The position numbers were made by a program, and so were the translations under genes. Under the pieces are notes generated by a model, which was given only the letters and a program-made list of their open reading frames with translations, did not search any database and was not told where the DNA came from. DNA of 63,402 nucleotides, filler included, from Octopus bimaculoides (lineage: Eukaryota), in NCBI RefSeq assembly GCF_001194135.2. It is 5 parts of 5 records of this genome, joined end to end, with 100 filler letters (N's around TTAATTAATTAA, not from the genome) between each part and the next. Parts side by side here need not be neighbours in the genome. Positions count along the whole stretch, not along the records: positions 37,397 to 53,362 come from NC_068985.1; positions 53,463 to 62,224 come from NC_068990.1; positions 62,325 to 63,402 come from NW_026374295.1; 2 more parts are not named here. One strand, 5' to 3'. Below are positions 50,781-63,087 of the stretch, one piece after another. Positions within the stretch are counted from its first letter, which is position 1. Every line of letters begins with the position of its first letter.

Positions 50781-51349
50781 ATATTGCTTACACAATTTTA
50801 GGTTTGGTTTTTTGTTTATAAGATTTCGAGTTTGATTTTATGCTTACACGATTTTAGGTTTGGTTTTTTGTTTACATGATATGATCACCTCAGAGTGTCT
50901 GTTTATCACATTTTCCCTGGATGTAATGATTCGAGTCTTTTATATGCCTATACCAAGCAGAAGGGAATGCCTGAAACAGATGACCGAATGTGTTGGTTTA
51001 TTTGTTTTACAGGTTCAGATGGAAAGTACATTTCTTTGACAGAAAAAAATGAGATGGATAAAACTCAGTATTTCATGAAGATCTGAAGATCTTGTCAGAG
51101 TAGCTAACAAAGCTGAAGATAGTTATCTGCCCTGGTTCATTGGGCTGGTTGTGAGCAACTGGAGTAAATTCTGTGACATGGTCTAATCGACCCATACCCC
51201 TGCGACCCTGACAAATGCTGGTGCTCTGAGTTGGAGGCCAAGAGTTGATTTTGTATAACTGAAAACTCTGGAACTTCCAAACATGCTCCCTATTGAAAGT
51301 TGCAGTTTGACGTCATATCCAGAACACACACGCACACACACACACATAC

Positions 51350-51487
51350 ACGACTGGCTTCTTTCAGTTTCCTTTAGTCGACCCGATGCTATAGTAGAAA
51401 ACACTTGCTCAAGGTGCCACGCAGTGGGACTGAACCCGGAACCATGTCGTTGGTAAGCAGGCTACTTACCACACAGCCACTCCTGCG
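51350..51487 (-). mobile_element. SINE family A 5' part
   Basis: caaggtgccacgcagtgggactgaacccggaaccatg..cttaccacacagccactcctgc. Confidence 0.85.
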
Positions 51488-51499
51488 ACNNNNNNNNNN

Positions 51500-51549
<50 letters not shown>

Positions 51550-51760
51550 ATATCTATCTATCTATCTATCTATCTGTCCGTCTATCTATCTATCATAATA
51601 GTTTGGGTCTTAATGACAGCGGTCATCATATTAGGGTGTACTTAACTATCAGCTTCCTCAGTAGGAATACTGATAAATGTTCTTAGTTTATCATTCGGTC
51701 AATAGATTATTCGACGCAGGAGAGCAGCAAATACAGAAGAAATCACAGATTCTAGACATA

Positions 51761-52300
51761 ATATGATACAGGGAATAGTTAAATAGCCTCAAATATCTGA
51801 CTACAAATCAAATATTATACTTTATTGAAACACCGTAGTTCTCAAAGTAATGACAAGAAATAGTTTTCAGTCATTGCATTATTGCTGACGATGATTCATT
51901 TTAGTAACAATGAAACGATAGATGTGGATTATAGGCTTTACAAGATAAGACCCCTAGGTAATAAAATGTATCATAAATTTAGTGCTCTTCAGACACCTTG
52001 TGAACTTCTTAAAATTAGTGAGATAATGATCATAAAAGGAGAGTGATATTTCGCTAGTATATACCCGGGAAAGTTCAAAATACGATATAAAGCTATTCAA
52101 TATTTATGATCCTGAAAGTTTTAAGAGAAACGACACTTCTGCAGATGCAGAGAGAATGTCTTAAAGAGCTGTTACGGGCCTTGTCAGTGACTACCCTGAA
52201 GAAAGCAGAATACTGGTGGCAGGCAACTACTGCACCAATATTACCCTGGTAGAAAAACTATTTCCAAGAGATAAACTCGGCTGGAACATTAAGAAAATAT
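51761..52300 (+). mobile_element. piggyBac transposase relic
   Basis: GIVK*PQISDY, KVMTRNSF..IHFSNNE..DYRLYKIRPL..KF..PCE..I.E.M..KG....YIPGK....IKLF, GNYCTNITLVEKL. Confidence 0.75.
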
Positions 52301-52353
52301 TCCAAGACTAGGCTCCAACATTATCCATCATTGCGAAAAGACAAAATAATCGC

Positions 52354-52425
52354 TAAAGACAAAAATAGTAAATAGTATTGTAAAGACAAAAATAGTATAT
52401 AGTATTGTAAAGACAAAAATAGTCT
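52354..52425. repeat. 27-bp tandem repeat (TAAAGACAAAAATAGTA.ATAGTATTG), 2.6 copies
   Basis: Units at 52354, 52381 and 52408. Confidence 0.85.
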
Positions 52426-53129
52426 ATTCTGAATAGACAAGGAAAGAGCAAGATTTTTTTTTACTAGGCAGAAGTCAATACAATACGACAGGGTAAAGAG
52501 AGACAGAAAAGTGGAGTCCAGCGATAAAACTCGATGCAATAATTCAACATAACAAATGCAAGTGATTTTTGACATATTGAATCAAGTTACTTTTCCCCAC
52601 TGAAATTATACTATATCCATGTAAGATATTATGATTGCATTTCAATAAAGTGTAAACCGAGGTTTTCCTTATGAAACATATAGTCTTTAATCAGCTCCAA
52701 TCTCAGATTTTATTGATTCAAAAAGAAAAACCATCCGAAATATACAAAGAATAATCTAAACCACAGTAATGTGAATCTCCATAAAAGGTAGCTACCATGG
52801 TATACTAAGAATAATGTGTGGGGAGTCACCGATGACTCCTCTGGTGGACAAAGTGTTAATTTGATATAAGTAGAATTTACATTGTGTATGGTTTCCAATA
52901 TGTTTATTGTTTCAGGTTCAATTTCCTACGCACGTTATTACAACTAAATTCATTGGATCATGGTATCGTTATATTTTGGCGCTGGAATATATATATTGTG
53001 CAATTGGTCCTGACAGAGGAGGGCAGCACCTTATTAGTACGTTATCACACAGCATCAGGCTGAGGAACAGAAACACTGAAAGTTGATCAGAATAAGTTTT
53101 GAAATATTTTATTGAGCCCCATTGCAACA

Positions 53130-53362
53130 ACAGTAACAGTAAACAACAACAGCTACTACTACTATAAACACCGCCACCAAAATCACCACCACCATGACCA
53201 AAATCGCCACCACCACCACCACCACCACTATCACAGACTAATACTCCTACTAATACTACTACCAACACCGAACTTTCGTCCTCGTCCTCGTCCTCCTCCA
53301 CCTCCTCGCCCTACTCCTCCTCGTCCTCCTCCTCGTCCTCCTCCTCGTCCTCCTCCTCGTCC
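53130..53362. repeat. (CAC)n, (CTA)n and (CCT/CGT)n trinucleotide tracts
   Basis: Directly visible; source of spurious His/Pro-rich ORFs. Confidence 0.9.
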
Positions 53363-53462
53363 NNNNNNNNNNNNNNNNNNNNNNNNNNNNNNNNNNNNNN
53401 NNNNNNTTAATTAATTAANNNNNNNNNNNNNNNNNNNNNNNNNNNNNNNNNNNNNNNNNNNN

Positions 53463-53497
<35 letters not shown>

Positions 53498-53997
53498 CAT
53501 ATATATACATATGTATGCATTCCTCATTCCGAAAATGAATATAAATGGTAATATTTATTCCAAATTCATATTCTTCGCTATCTTTACCGGAGATACGTTA
53601 TAAATTCCAATTGTTTTATACGTTTGCAAATTTTTTCATATGTCTTTTATTATATTATTTATTTTAACTATTAGCCATCATCTTTTTTTTTTGTACCGTA
53701 TTTTTTCGATATTTTTTTTGTTTTTTTTTAATTCTTTTTGTCTTTCTATTCTTTCAGAAGTTTATGCTGTTTATTTTTTGCTTTCTTCCATTATTGGAGT
53801 TATGTTTGTTATTGTAGTTCCAATATTGCTTTCGCCGTTGTTGCTGCTGTGTTATTACTCTAGCTGTTATTGTCGTTGTTGTTATTGTTGTCCTTGTTGT
53901 TGCAATATTCAAAGTAGACTTTAAAATTATTGTATACTTTTTGCTGGTGTTTTGCGTTTTAATATCGATATATGTGTATGTGCGTGTTTATATATGT

Positions 53998-54042
<45 letters not shown>

Positions 54043-54655
54043 CAGGTGTTTGCGTGTATTTTAATACAAATGAATGTATGCGTTGTTGTTACTGGTGCTG
54101 CTTGTGTTGTTGTTGTTGTTCTTCTTCTTCTTGCTATTGTTGATCTTGGCTGCTTTGTTTTCGTCCATGCTTGGTTTTTTTCTTTTTTTCCTGCAATTGA
54201 GAAAATAGCCTCAACATAATGTGATATGAATGCTGTTCATTGAGATTCTCTATTTATCAACCGGTGTTGGTAGTTTTCGAGATATTCTTGTCATAGGATA
54301 ATCATTATTTATCTATTATATTTATGTATTAAGCATATGTAAACGTTTAATGCTATATATATATATTTATTTATATGTGCGTGTGTATGTGTGTGTGAGT
54401 GTGTATACATAAACATACGTATACAGAGAGTGTGCCAATTCTATACATATGTATATATGTATATGTATGTATACATATATATATNNNNNNNNNNNNNNNN
54501 NNNNNNNNNNNNNNNNNNNNNNNNNNNNNNNNNNNNNNNNNNNNNNNNNNNNNNNNNNNNNNNNNNNNNNNNNNNNNNNNNNNNNNNNNNNNNNNNNNNN
54601 NNNNNNNNNNNNNNNNNNNNATATGAATATATATAAAAATGAAGTATACATACTT

Positions 54656-54715
<60 letters not shown>

Positions 54716-54716
54716 T

Positions 54717-54761
<45 letters not shown>

Positions 54762-54906
54762 GTACATCGGCATATACGTATATACGTGTATACGTAGGTA
54801 TATATATGTGTTTCAGTGCGCCTGTCTGTAAGGATGCGTCTGTAAAAGTGTACACATAAACACATTCATGTGGGAGTTTATATGTATTATAAAACACACA
54901 CACAGT

Positions 54907-54937
<31 letters not shown>

Positions 54938-55327
54938 ACACACACTCACACACACACACACACACACACTTACATACACACACANNNNNNNNNNCACACA
55001 CACTCACACACACACACACACACACACTTACATACACACACACACACACACAAACACTGGGAATTCAGAAGTTCCTTTAGCATTTAAATGATATATACAT
55101 TTTTTATTCCTTATTTTAATTTTGTTTTTTATTTATATTTCCACAGCTAACTTCGCCATTTTGTTGTGCATATCTTTTGAAAATTATGTGTATTTTTTTT
55201 GTGTATGTGTGGATGGGTATGTATGTATGTGTGTGTGTGTGCGCGCGCGTGAGCGTACATATTGTTTCGTATATTTCTGAAAAAAGTGGCATTATCAACA
55301 GATGCGATATCACTTTTTGCCCTGTAG

Positions 55328-55484
55328 CTAGTGCAATACAACGGAAATCCATTTTAGCTAGTGTGGCATACGTGGTTCCACTGCCCAGGGTGATCCGAGC
55401 CGCTGGGAATATCTACGACAGGTCCGTAGACAAGCTATCCTGGGACCCCTGAGCCGTGGAATTGAAAGACGTCTAATTACAAAG
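55328..55484. CDS. Candidate exon (CpG-rich unique island; strand and frame unresolved)
   Basis: Plus strand: acceptors at 55327 and 55361, donor AAG|GTGAGG at 55484/55485, open frame 55362-55484 (CGIRGSTAQGDPSRWEYLRQVRRQAILGPLSRGIERRLITK). A minus-strand exon 55470-55372 is also possible. No recognised homolog. Confidence 0.3.
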
Positions 55485-55767
55485 GTGAGGTTTGAGACAG
55501 TTGTTGTAAAGAGTTTTGATGTAGGTATAGGAAAAGAGTGGGGAAAGGGTGTCACATAAATAAAATACATTTACTTCTACGTGTATATGCATATATGATG
55601 TGTTTGTAAATATATACATGTGTATATATGTAAGTATACATTCTTATGTATATGCACACTCATACACACACGTATACACACACGCACGGACACTAATATA
55701 CACACACGCGCGCGCGTTCACACACGTACATGCAAATATACACATGTATATAAATATATAGAGAGAG

Positions 55768-55828
<61 letters not shown>

Positions 55829-55877
55829 CACACGCATGTTCACATATTCAGGCATATACATACATACATACATACAT

Positions 55878-56269
55878 GTTGTTGTTGTTGGCACTCCGTC
55901 GCTTACGACGTCGAGGGTTCCAGTTGATCTGATCAACAGAACAGCCTGCTCGTGAAATTAACGTGCAAGTGGTTGAGCACTCCACAGACACGTGTACCCT
56001 TAACGTAGTTCCCGGGGAGATTCAGCGTAACACAGTGTGACAAGGCTGACCCTTTGAATTACAGGCACAACAGAAACAGGAAGTAAAAGAGTGAGAGAAA
56101 GTTGTGGTGAAAGAGTACAGCAAGTTCGCCACCATCCCCTGCCGGTGCCTTGTGGAGCTTTAGGTGTTTTTTCGCTCAATAAACACTCACAACGCCCGGT
56201 CTGGGAATCGAAATCGCGATCCTATGACCGCGAGTCCGCTGCTCTAACCACTGAGCCATTGCGCCTCCA
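55878..56269 (-). mobile_element. SINE family B, full length
   Basis: Head tggaggcgcaatggctcagtggttagagc..tttcgattcc; tail (CAA)n; flanked by (CATA)n on both sides. Confidence 0.9.
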
Positions 56270-56690
56270 CACATACATACATACATACATACATACATAC
56301 ATACATACATACATTCGTACGTATGTACAAAAATACCCTGTTGTTGATGTTGAAATTCCAATGAAGGAGCCTTGGATCTAGGTTAGAAACCGGTTCTTTC
56401 TCTATTGGCAAGAAATCTTGACATAAAACTGAACAACGGCATCCATCCATACATACATACATACATACATACAATATCAAAGTCTCTATTTGGTTTCATT
56501 GTAAACATTTGGTGGTTAGTTCAGAAACACGGCATAGACCTTAGGCAAATTCAATATGACAGAGCGTTACTAAGCTGGCCCTTTCACGGAAAGGCTCTTC
56601 GACACTAGCAGCGTAACTGCCTGTGCCTTCGAATTACAGCAACTGTCTCTGGCAATCTGATTCCACGTATAAGTAATAGGTCGATCAAAA

Positions 56691-56750
56691 CCAATATTAA
56701 AAACGCATGCGCAAAATGCTGGACAATCGGACATTTCCGGTCACTTCCGG
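56691..56750. promoter_or_regulatory. Promoter-like motif cluster: CCAAT, NRF1-type and two ETS-type sites
   Basis: CCAAT 56691-56695; CGCATGCGCA 56704-56713; ATTTCCGG 56733-56740 and ACTTCCGG 56743-56750. Motifs only, no functional data. Confidence 0.4.
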
Positions 56751-58093
56751 ATTGCGAAGCGAACCTCTGAGTTAATGCCTGTATACATATATTCCGATAC
56801 TCATTTGTATATATGTACATACATGCAATAGAAGTATAGATATACAAAGACAGATACATACATACATTCATGTATACATAAATACATATATGTATACTCT
56901 TTTGTGTATAAGTGTATACAAAAATACAATGAACATGTGTGGGCGTATGGGTACGTGTGTGAGCATATCTGAGTGTATATAAGTATTATAAATAAATATA
57001 TGTACACAGACTTTCTTTTGTATGAATTCATGCAAATATTTATGTTCATTTATGCACCATTATAAATATGTCTTTATGTAAAGAATGTGAATGCAGGTAT
57101 ATAATATGTATATAAATGTATATATATATATATTACTTATACTACATCGTATTATATCATATATGTATGTATTTATACTGCTATGAATATTTATATAATG
57201 TTATATACACGCAAACACACACGGATACATATTACATACATAAGTATATATACATATACATGTACATATATATATGCATATATATATAAACACATATGTA
57301 TATATACTTATGTATGTATGTATGTATGTATGTATGTATGCATGCATGTATGTATGTATAACTCACACATGCTAGTGTATATCAATATTACAATGCAGAT
57401 AATCATCCATACATATACTCATGTATGTTATGAATGTGTATATACGAGCATATATACATACATCTGTGTGTTGGTTCGTGTGTGCGTGTGCATTTAGAGT
57501 GCGCCTACGAAAATGAATATAACGTGTGCTTCTACAACTGTATATATACATGTGTATATATACAAAACTATATATAAGTTGGTTTATAAATATTTGGTTT
57601 ATTTCATTGAAATTATATTTCAAAGAGATTCGGTTTTTCAGTATATTATTGATTTCGTTATTCTTTATATTAAATTCGTTATTGTTGTTGTTTTAATATA
57701 TGTAGATGTCTTTTGACTGATATTTTTCAACAGAATATTACATGACAGAGAATAGATTGTAAGTGTGCACTCTAGGGAAAGTGTTTGGTACAGAAAATAA
57801 TTCACAAGTCTTATTATATTTGAATGTATAGCTAAGCATGTACCACGCCGCTATCTCTCTTTGTTTCTCTCTCTTACATACACAGGCACACACACACACA
57901 CACACACACAAAGTGCTCTATGTGTGTAAGCGCGCACGCACTTACACACACACAGCTCTCTCCCTCTCTCTCTCTCTCTCTCTCGCTCTCTCTTTCCCTA
58001 GTCCTCTCGATATGTATGCATTTCTGTGTATGTGTCGCATACATACATGCATGCACTTATATTGTTATATATATTGTAAGCTCTCTACAGTTG

Positions 58094-58124
<31 letters not shown>

Positions 58125-58354
58125 NNNNNNNNNNNNNNNNNNNNNNNNNNNNNNNNNNNNNNNNGAGAGAGAGAGAGAGCCGTGTGTGTGTAAGTGTGTG
58201 TGCACACGCATATATATATGTATTCAAGTAATCTTCAGAAAACAAGCACTTCCTTCATGCGTCAATTCCGGAGATTTGTTGATTACTTGAAATTATCTCC
58301 CCTACATTTTAGGAGTCGGTTGCTCTCTGTTACCTCATATAAATATATATTCGC

Positions 58355-58555
58355 TATCACACGTTTCAGTCATTTGACTGTGGTCATGCTGGAGCACAGC
58401 CTTGAGACGAAGAAATCACACCCAGGACTTATTCTCTGTTAGCCTTCTACTTATTCTATCGGACTCTTTTGCTGAACGACTAAGCTTTGGGGACATAAAC
58501 ACACCAACGTCGGTTGTCAAGCGATGGTCTGGGGTGGGGCAGCGCAGACACAAAG
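58355..58555 (-). mobile_element. SINE family A 3' half
   Basis: gtttcagtcatttgactgtggtcatgctggagcac..cggttgtcaagcgatgg. Confidence 0.8.
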
Positions 58556-58844
58556 ATGCATACGAATAAATATATATACATATGTACTAGGTGTATTTTC
58601 GGTGCTGCATAAATATGCATCAAATATGCTGCATAAATATGCATCGATTACTGAAGAAGCACGGATGGCAAATTAATTTATTTGCACAGTGATGCAGAAA
58701 CTCAAGTCTAGGGGTAACTATTTCCCTTTGAAATTACTTTTATTCGTTGTTTGGACTTTAACTGCCCTTTCTAGCATGTAAAGTGTCCTGTTAAAGCACA
58801 CCTCTTTTATGTATAAATTCATACATTATTCTATACATATATAT

Positions 58845-59005
58845 ACACGATGTGCTTCTTTCAGTTTCTGTCTACCAAATCCACTCACAAGGCTTTGTTC
58901 AAACGGAGGCTATAGTAGACGACACTTACCAAAGGTGCCACGCAGTAGGACTGAGCCAGGAACCATGTGGTTGGGAAGTAAGTTTCTTACCACACGCCTG
59001 CACCT
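58845..59005 (-). mobile_element. SINE family A 5' half
   Basis: cttctttcagtttctgtctaccaaatccactcacaaggctttg..ggtgccacgcagtaggactga. Confidence 0.85.
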
Positions 59006-59069
59006 ATATATATATTTCCTTTCTAAAACTCTAGAAATATATGGCTCCATTAACATCTTCTAAATACAT

Positions 59070-59700
59070 TGCTTTTGATAACATCATAGAAATATACTTT
59101 GCTTATCTAATACGAATATATTTCTATACAAGTATATTTCTTTGCTGACATTATACAAATATATATTTTTGGGCTGACGTCATAAAAATAGAATTTCATG
59201 CTAATGTCATACGTTGGGGTGCTGAAAATGTCCTGGCTTTAAGTGTGTCACGAGAGGCCTGCCTAGAGGCCCAACCTTCCGAGTTATTTTACAGGGCTTA
59301 GAAAAACCGAAGGGCTGCTGCGGTAAGAGTGTGAATCTGAGAGGCGAATGTGTTGAATAAAACCATAATTAACTAATCCTCTTGTATTTTCCTTTACCCA
59401 AAACCAGGAACCTCTCAGCAGCCCCGCATATTTGTTTCCTTGTATTTTTCTGCTAACATAATACAAATAAATTTCTTGCTAACGTCGTACAATCGTATTT
59501 TTTGCTAGCATCATACAAATATTTTTTTTTCCTTACATTCTACAAATATATATTTATTCGCTGACGTCAGATAAATATAATTTTTGCTAAAGTTATATGA
59601 ATATATTTCTTTTCTAAGATCATACAAATCTAGTTCTTTTGGTTACATTCTGTAAATATATAACTTCGCTTACGAAATATATTTCCTCCTTAACATTATT
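59070..59700. repeat. Degenerate ~27-bp minisatellite (TGCTAACATCATACAAATATATTTT-like)
   Basis: More than a dozen recognisable units, interrupted at 59212-59428. Confidence 0.7.
59212..59428 (+). mobile_element. ~217-bp mariner deletion derivative (MITE-like)
   Basis: TA|CGTTGGGGTGCTGAAAATGTCCTGGCTTT ... AAAACCAGGAACCTCTCAGCAGCCCCGCA|TA. Interior encodes a mariner-like C-terminus LQGLEK....C.K.VNLRGECVE*. Confidence 0.7.
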
Positions 59701-60481
59701 TCACAATTATTTCATATAAAGTTTTTCAACTAAATGACCGCTCAACCTGCAGAAACCTCTCTCAAATAATATCGTAAAAACAACATAGTGTCTTAAAAAG
59801 GAGATGGACACAGAGAACCTGCCAAGATATTCTCTTCATAAATAAAAGGTGATCTTGTGACAGCAATAAGACATTTTATCACAGCTCTACTAACCAGAGG
59901 GCTAAACAGCAGATTAAACAACGGCCGTAATTGTTTTCTTTGATTTACTTGAAACCCTGTCAATAAACATTACCAACTACGATTGAATCGCAGATCTTCT
60001 TGTTACTATGAACCGAATATCCAACATTACTATACTTTACACTATTATCGTTATCGTTCGCACCATCATCGTCAACAAATTCGCCACGCCTATCTTCAGC
60101 AACTAATAACGTCACAAAACCACAGTCAACATCCTCATCGCAGTCACCATCAAATACGCCGCCATCGTTGTCGTCGGAGCCGTTGGTGAGAGCGATACGT
60201 GATGTATCTGATATCAGATATAGACATAGTTGATGTTATCCACCAGCCATGATGTCTAAAGTTGACACTAGTAGAGAACTTTAACCTGACCTATCAGAAT
60301 CATATCACCGATCATGGAAGCATGGAATTTCGCCATCAGATTACATTACGACATGTTTTTGTGGATGTGTGGTATATGTATATATTCATGTATGTATGTA
60401 CATACATACATGCATATATATGTGTGTGCATACATCCATATATATGTGTATATATGTATTTGTGCATACATACAGACATAC

Positions 60482-60512
<31 letters not shown>

Positions 60513-60688
60513 CGTGTGTGTGTGTGTGTGTGCGTGTGTGTGTTTGTGTGTGTGTGTGTGTGTATAAACATATATATTTACGTGTCAATACATACACATG
60601 TAGAGAAAGAAGGAGAGAGATACATATCTATACAGATCAATATAGACACGTATGTACATATAATTACTCGTAAATATGCATGCTTGTG

Positions 60689-60773
<85 letters not shown>

Positions 60774-60900
60774 TTACACACTTAACATTTACATACTAAA
60801 CATTATATACATTAATACACACACATATATATATGTATCATACATACAATATATATTATACATACACGCGCTTACATAAGCTATATATTAATTTGTGTAT

Positions 60901-60957
<57 letters not shown>

Positions 60958-61378
60958 ATTCTCTCGACTGCCATATATATCATATGTGTGGGTATACGTT
61001 TGCATATGTACTTACAGCAATCATTTCTTATACGAAATAAATAATAAAAACGAGATTAAACATTTTTTCCCCTTTCAATTTGTCATGTATAATTTGTCAT
61101 ATGTAAACTACCTTTTATTCCTAGCTGCTGTTGGCTTGCAATATATTCTTTCCGATGTTTCTACCCGGATTATGTTTACATCATTATGTTCGTGTATTTC
61201 TATCTATTTGTATGTAAGCAGCTATATCTATGTTTGTAGTTTTGTGTGTGTGTATTCGTGTATGTGTGTGTAATGTTTTATAAGCAGTCATTGATAAAAA
61301 AAAAACAGGTAGTTATTTTTGTGCGCGTGCGTACACGTATGAGGAAGTAGAGAAGTTGGTGTTGCTTTTTGACACTGT

Positions 61379-61615
61379 TTATTATTATTATTATTCTTTT
61401 TTATTTTTTCTTCTTCTCTTTATCACAGGTTTTGTTGGAGCTCCTGGAGTCTCGCAGGCGTAGCAAGCTCACTACCTGCAGCCTACGGTACCAAACTATT
61501 CGTTCTTTTCAGTTATCTAATATTCTCCCGCTTATTCTGGCCGTGCCAAGGAGGTAAACCTTTTGTAACAGTTCTACTGGGCACTCTATTCCAATTTCTT
61601 TTATATTCTTCATAT
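61379..61615 (-). mobile_element. R4/Dong-like family B 3' end with (TAA)n tail
   Basis: KNIKEIGIECPVELLQKVYLLGTARI..LDN*; 3' UTR matches 16890-17000 and 12240-12316. Confidence 0.85.
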
Positions 61616-62224
61616 ATAGGATGCGTGCAGTGCCTAGTAGTGCAATTTTCTGTATGTTATATATATTTGTAAGTTCTGGTGTTTTCGTTATGTATTTGTC
61701 TGAATATTTTTTTATCATACCTAATACGCCCACTATGATAGGAATTGTTTCTGTTTTTAGATTCCACATTCGATTTACTTCTATTTCCAAGTCTTTGTAT
61801 TTTGAAAGATTTTCCAGAAATGCTATAATCTGCTGATATTATTATTATTATTATTCAGTAGTTTTATTTTTATAACGTGCTTTCACTTCACTACCGAGCG
61901 CAGCTCTGTGCACCTTGGGTATGTGCTGTGGTTTGCTGTGGTGCTCTTATGTTTACTGTATTGAAAGTGTTTTGCGTAGAATGTGTGCAGTACCCAGTAG
62001 TGCAATTTTCTGTATGTTATATATATTTGTAAGTCCTGGGGTTTTTGTTATGTATTTGTCTGAATATTTTTTTATTATACCTAAGGCACCTACTATGATA
62101 GGAATTGTTTCTGTTTTTAGATTCCACATTCGATTTACTTCTATTTCCAAGTCTTTGTATTTTGAAAGATTTTCCAGAAATGCTATAATCTGCTGATATT
62201 ATTATTATTATTATTCAGTAGTTT
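61616..62224 (-). mobile_element. R4/Dong-like family A 3' ends in a 360-bp tandem arrangement
   Basis: SKYKDLEIEVNRMWNLKTETIPIIVGALG..IQKIALLGTAHILRKTLSIQ* plus 3' UTR and (TAA)n. The sequence at 61801 repeats exactly at 62161. Confidence 0.9.
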
Positions 62225-62373
62225 NNNNNNNNNNNNNNNNNNNNNNNNNNNNNNNNNNNNNNNNNNNNTTAATTAATTAANNNNNNNNNNNNNNNNNNNN
62301 NNNNNNNNNNNNNNNNNNNNNNNNGATATTCAATAAACATAAGGAGAGATACAATGTAGCGCTAAAAAATGCA

Positions 62374-63087
62374 GTGTATAGGGATAGGATAAAATACACC
62401 CGCAATGACAATAGTAACCAGAATGATATAGATGAAACAACCACACATGGGAGAGGTCGCTTTGCAAAATGTAGCACGGCCAATAGCAGCGATAGCGCGG
62501 CAAATGGCAGGGATAGAGACAAAAGTATAGGTAATAATAATGGTTGTCGTAATAATGGAAATACTTGGTACGCCAATAGTAGGGGTGATGGTGATGTTGG
62601 AGGCGGCAATAAGAAAAATATCATGTATGGGCCGAGACAACCGGTGCGGAATGGTGGTGGCGGAGACGGTGGGAATAAAATCCTTACTGATAGAATTGCT
62701 AGTGATAGAGATAATATAGAAGGCACGGATGTAAATAATAGTGAAAGAAATAATAACTTCAAAAACAATAATTGTAATAGGAATAGCAGCGGCAGAAACG
62801 GTAACGGGAAGAGTAATACTAATTCCAATGTTAGCAGTTATAATATTGGTAGATCCACATATAGCATAGGCAACCCTTATAAAGACAAAGCTGGGGCGGA
62901 CACCCTATGGCTATTAATTCCCTTCGCCATGCAGATTAAAAACGACATAGTAAAAAGTATCTTCAATATAATCAATAAACATTTTGTAAAGGGAAAGAAT
63001 AAATATTGGGAGTCAATCAATAAAGGGACAATAAGAATAGGATATAGCTTAACACACAAACCTGGCTGCAATAATCTCCTCAATTAA
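62374..63087 (+). mobile_element. Penelope-like ORF remnant: Asn/Gly-rich low-complexity region followed by PLE post-RT linker
   Basis: C-terminal TLWLLIPFAMQIKNDIVKSIFNIINKHFVKGKNKYWESINKGTIRIGYS resembles the PLE motif W.NPP....K....F..IIDKHF..K...N..TI.ISYS. The same motif occurs at about 18050-18200 (-). Confidence 0.55.

Noticed and set aside
51016-51100. Strong acceptor TTATTTGTTTTACAG
   Set aside because: All three downstream frames hit stops within about 80 nt and no convincing donor is present.
52822-52839. GGAGTCA-CCGA-TGACTCC hairpin
   Set aside because: A single 7-bp stem is expected by chance in 63 kb.
53112-53414. His- and Pro-rich ORF resembling an extensin or formin tract
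   Set aside because: Pure trinucleotide repeats running into a gap; no splice or domain evidence.
60012-60236. Ser/Pro/Thr-rich open frame with possible exon 60100-60184 (TTCAG|..TTG|GTGAGA)
   Set aside because: Composition matches decayed (TCA/TCG)n repeats common in this window; splice signals alone are insufficient.
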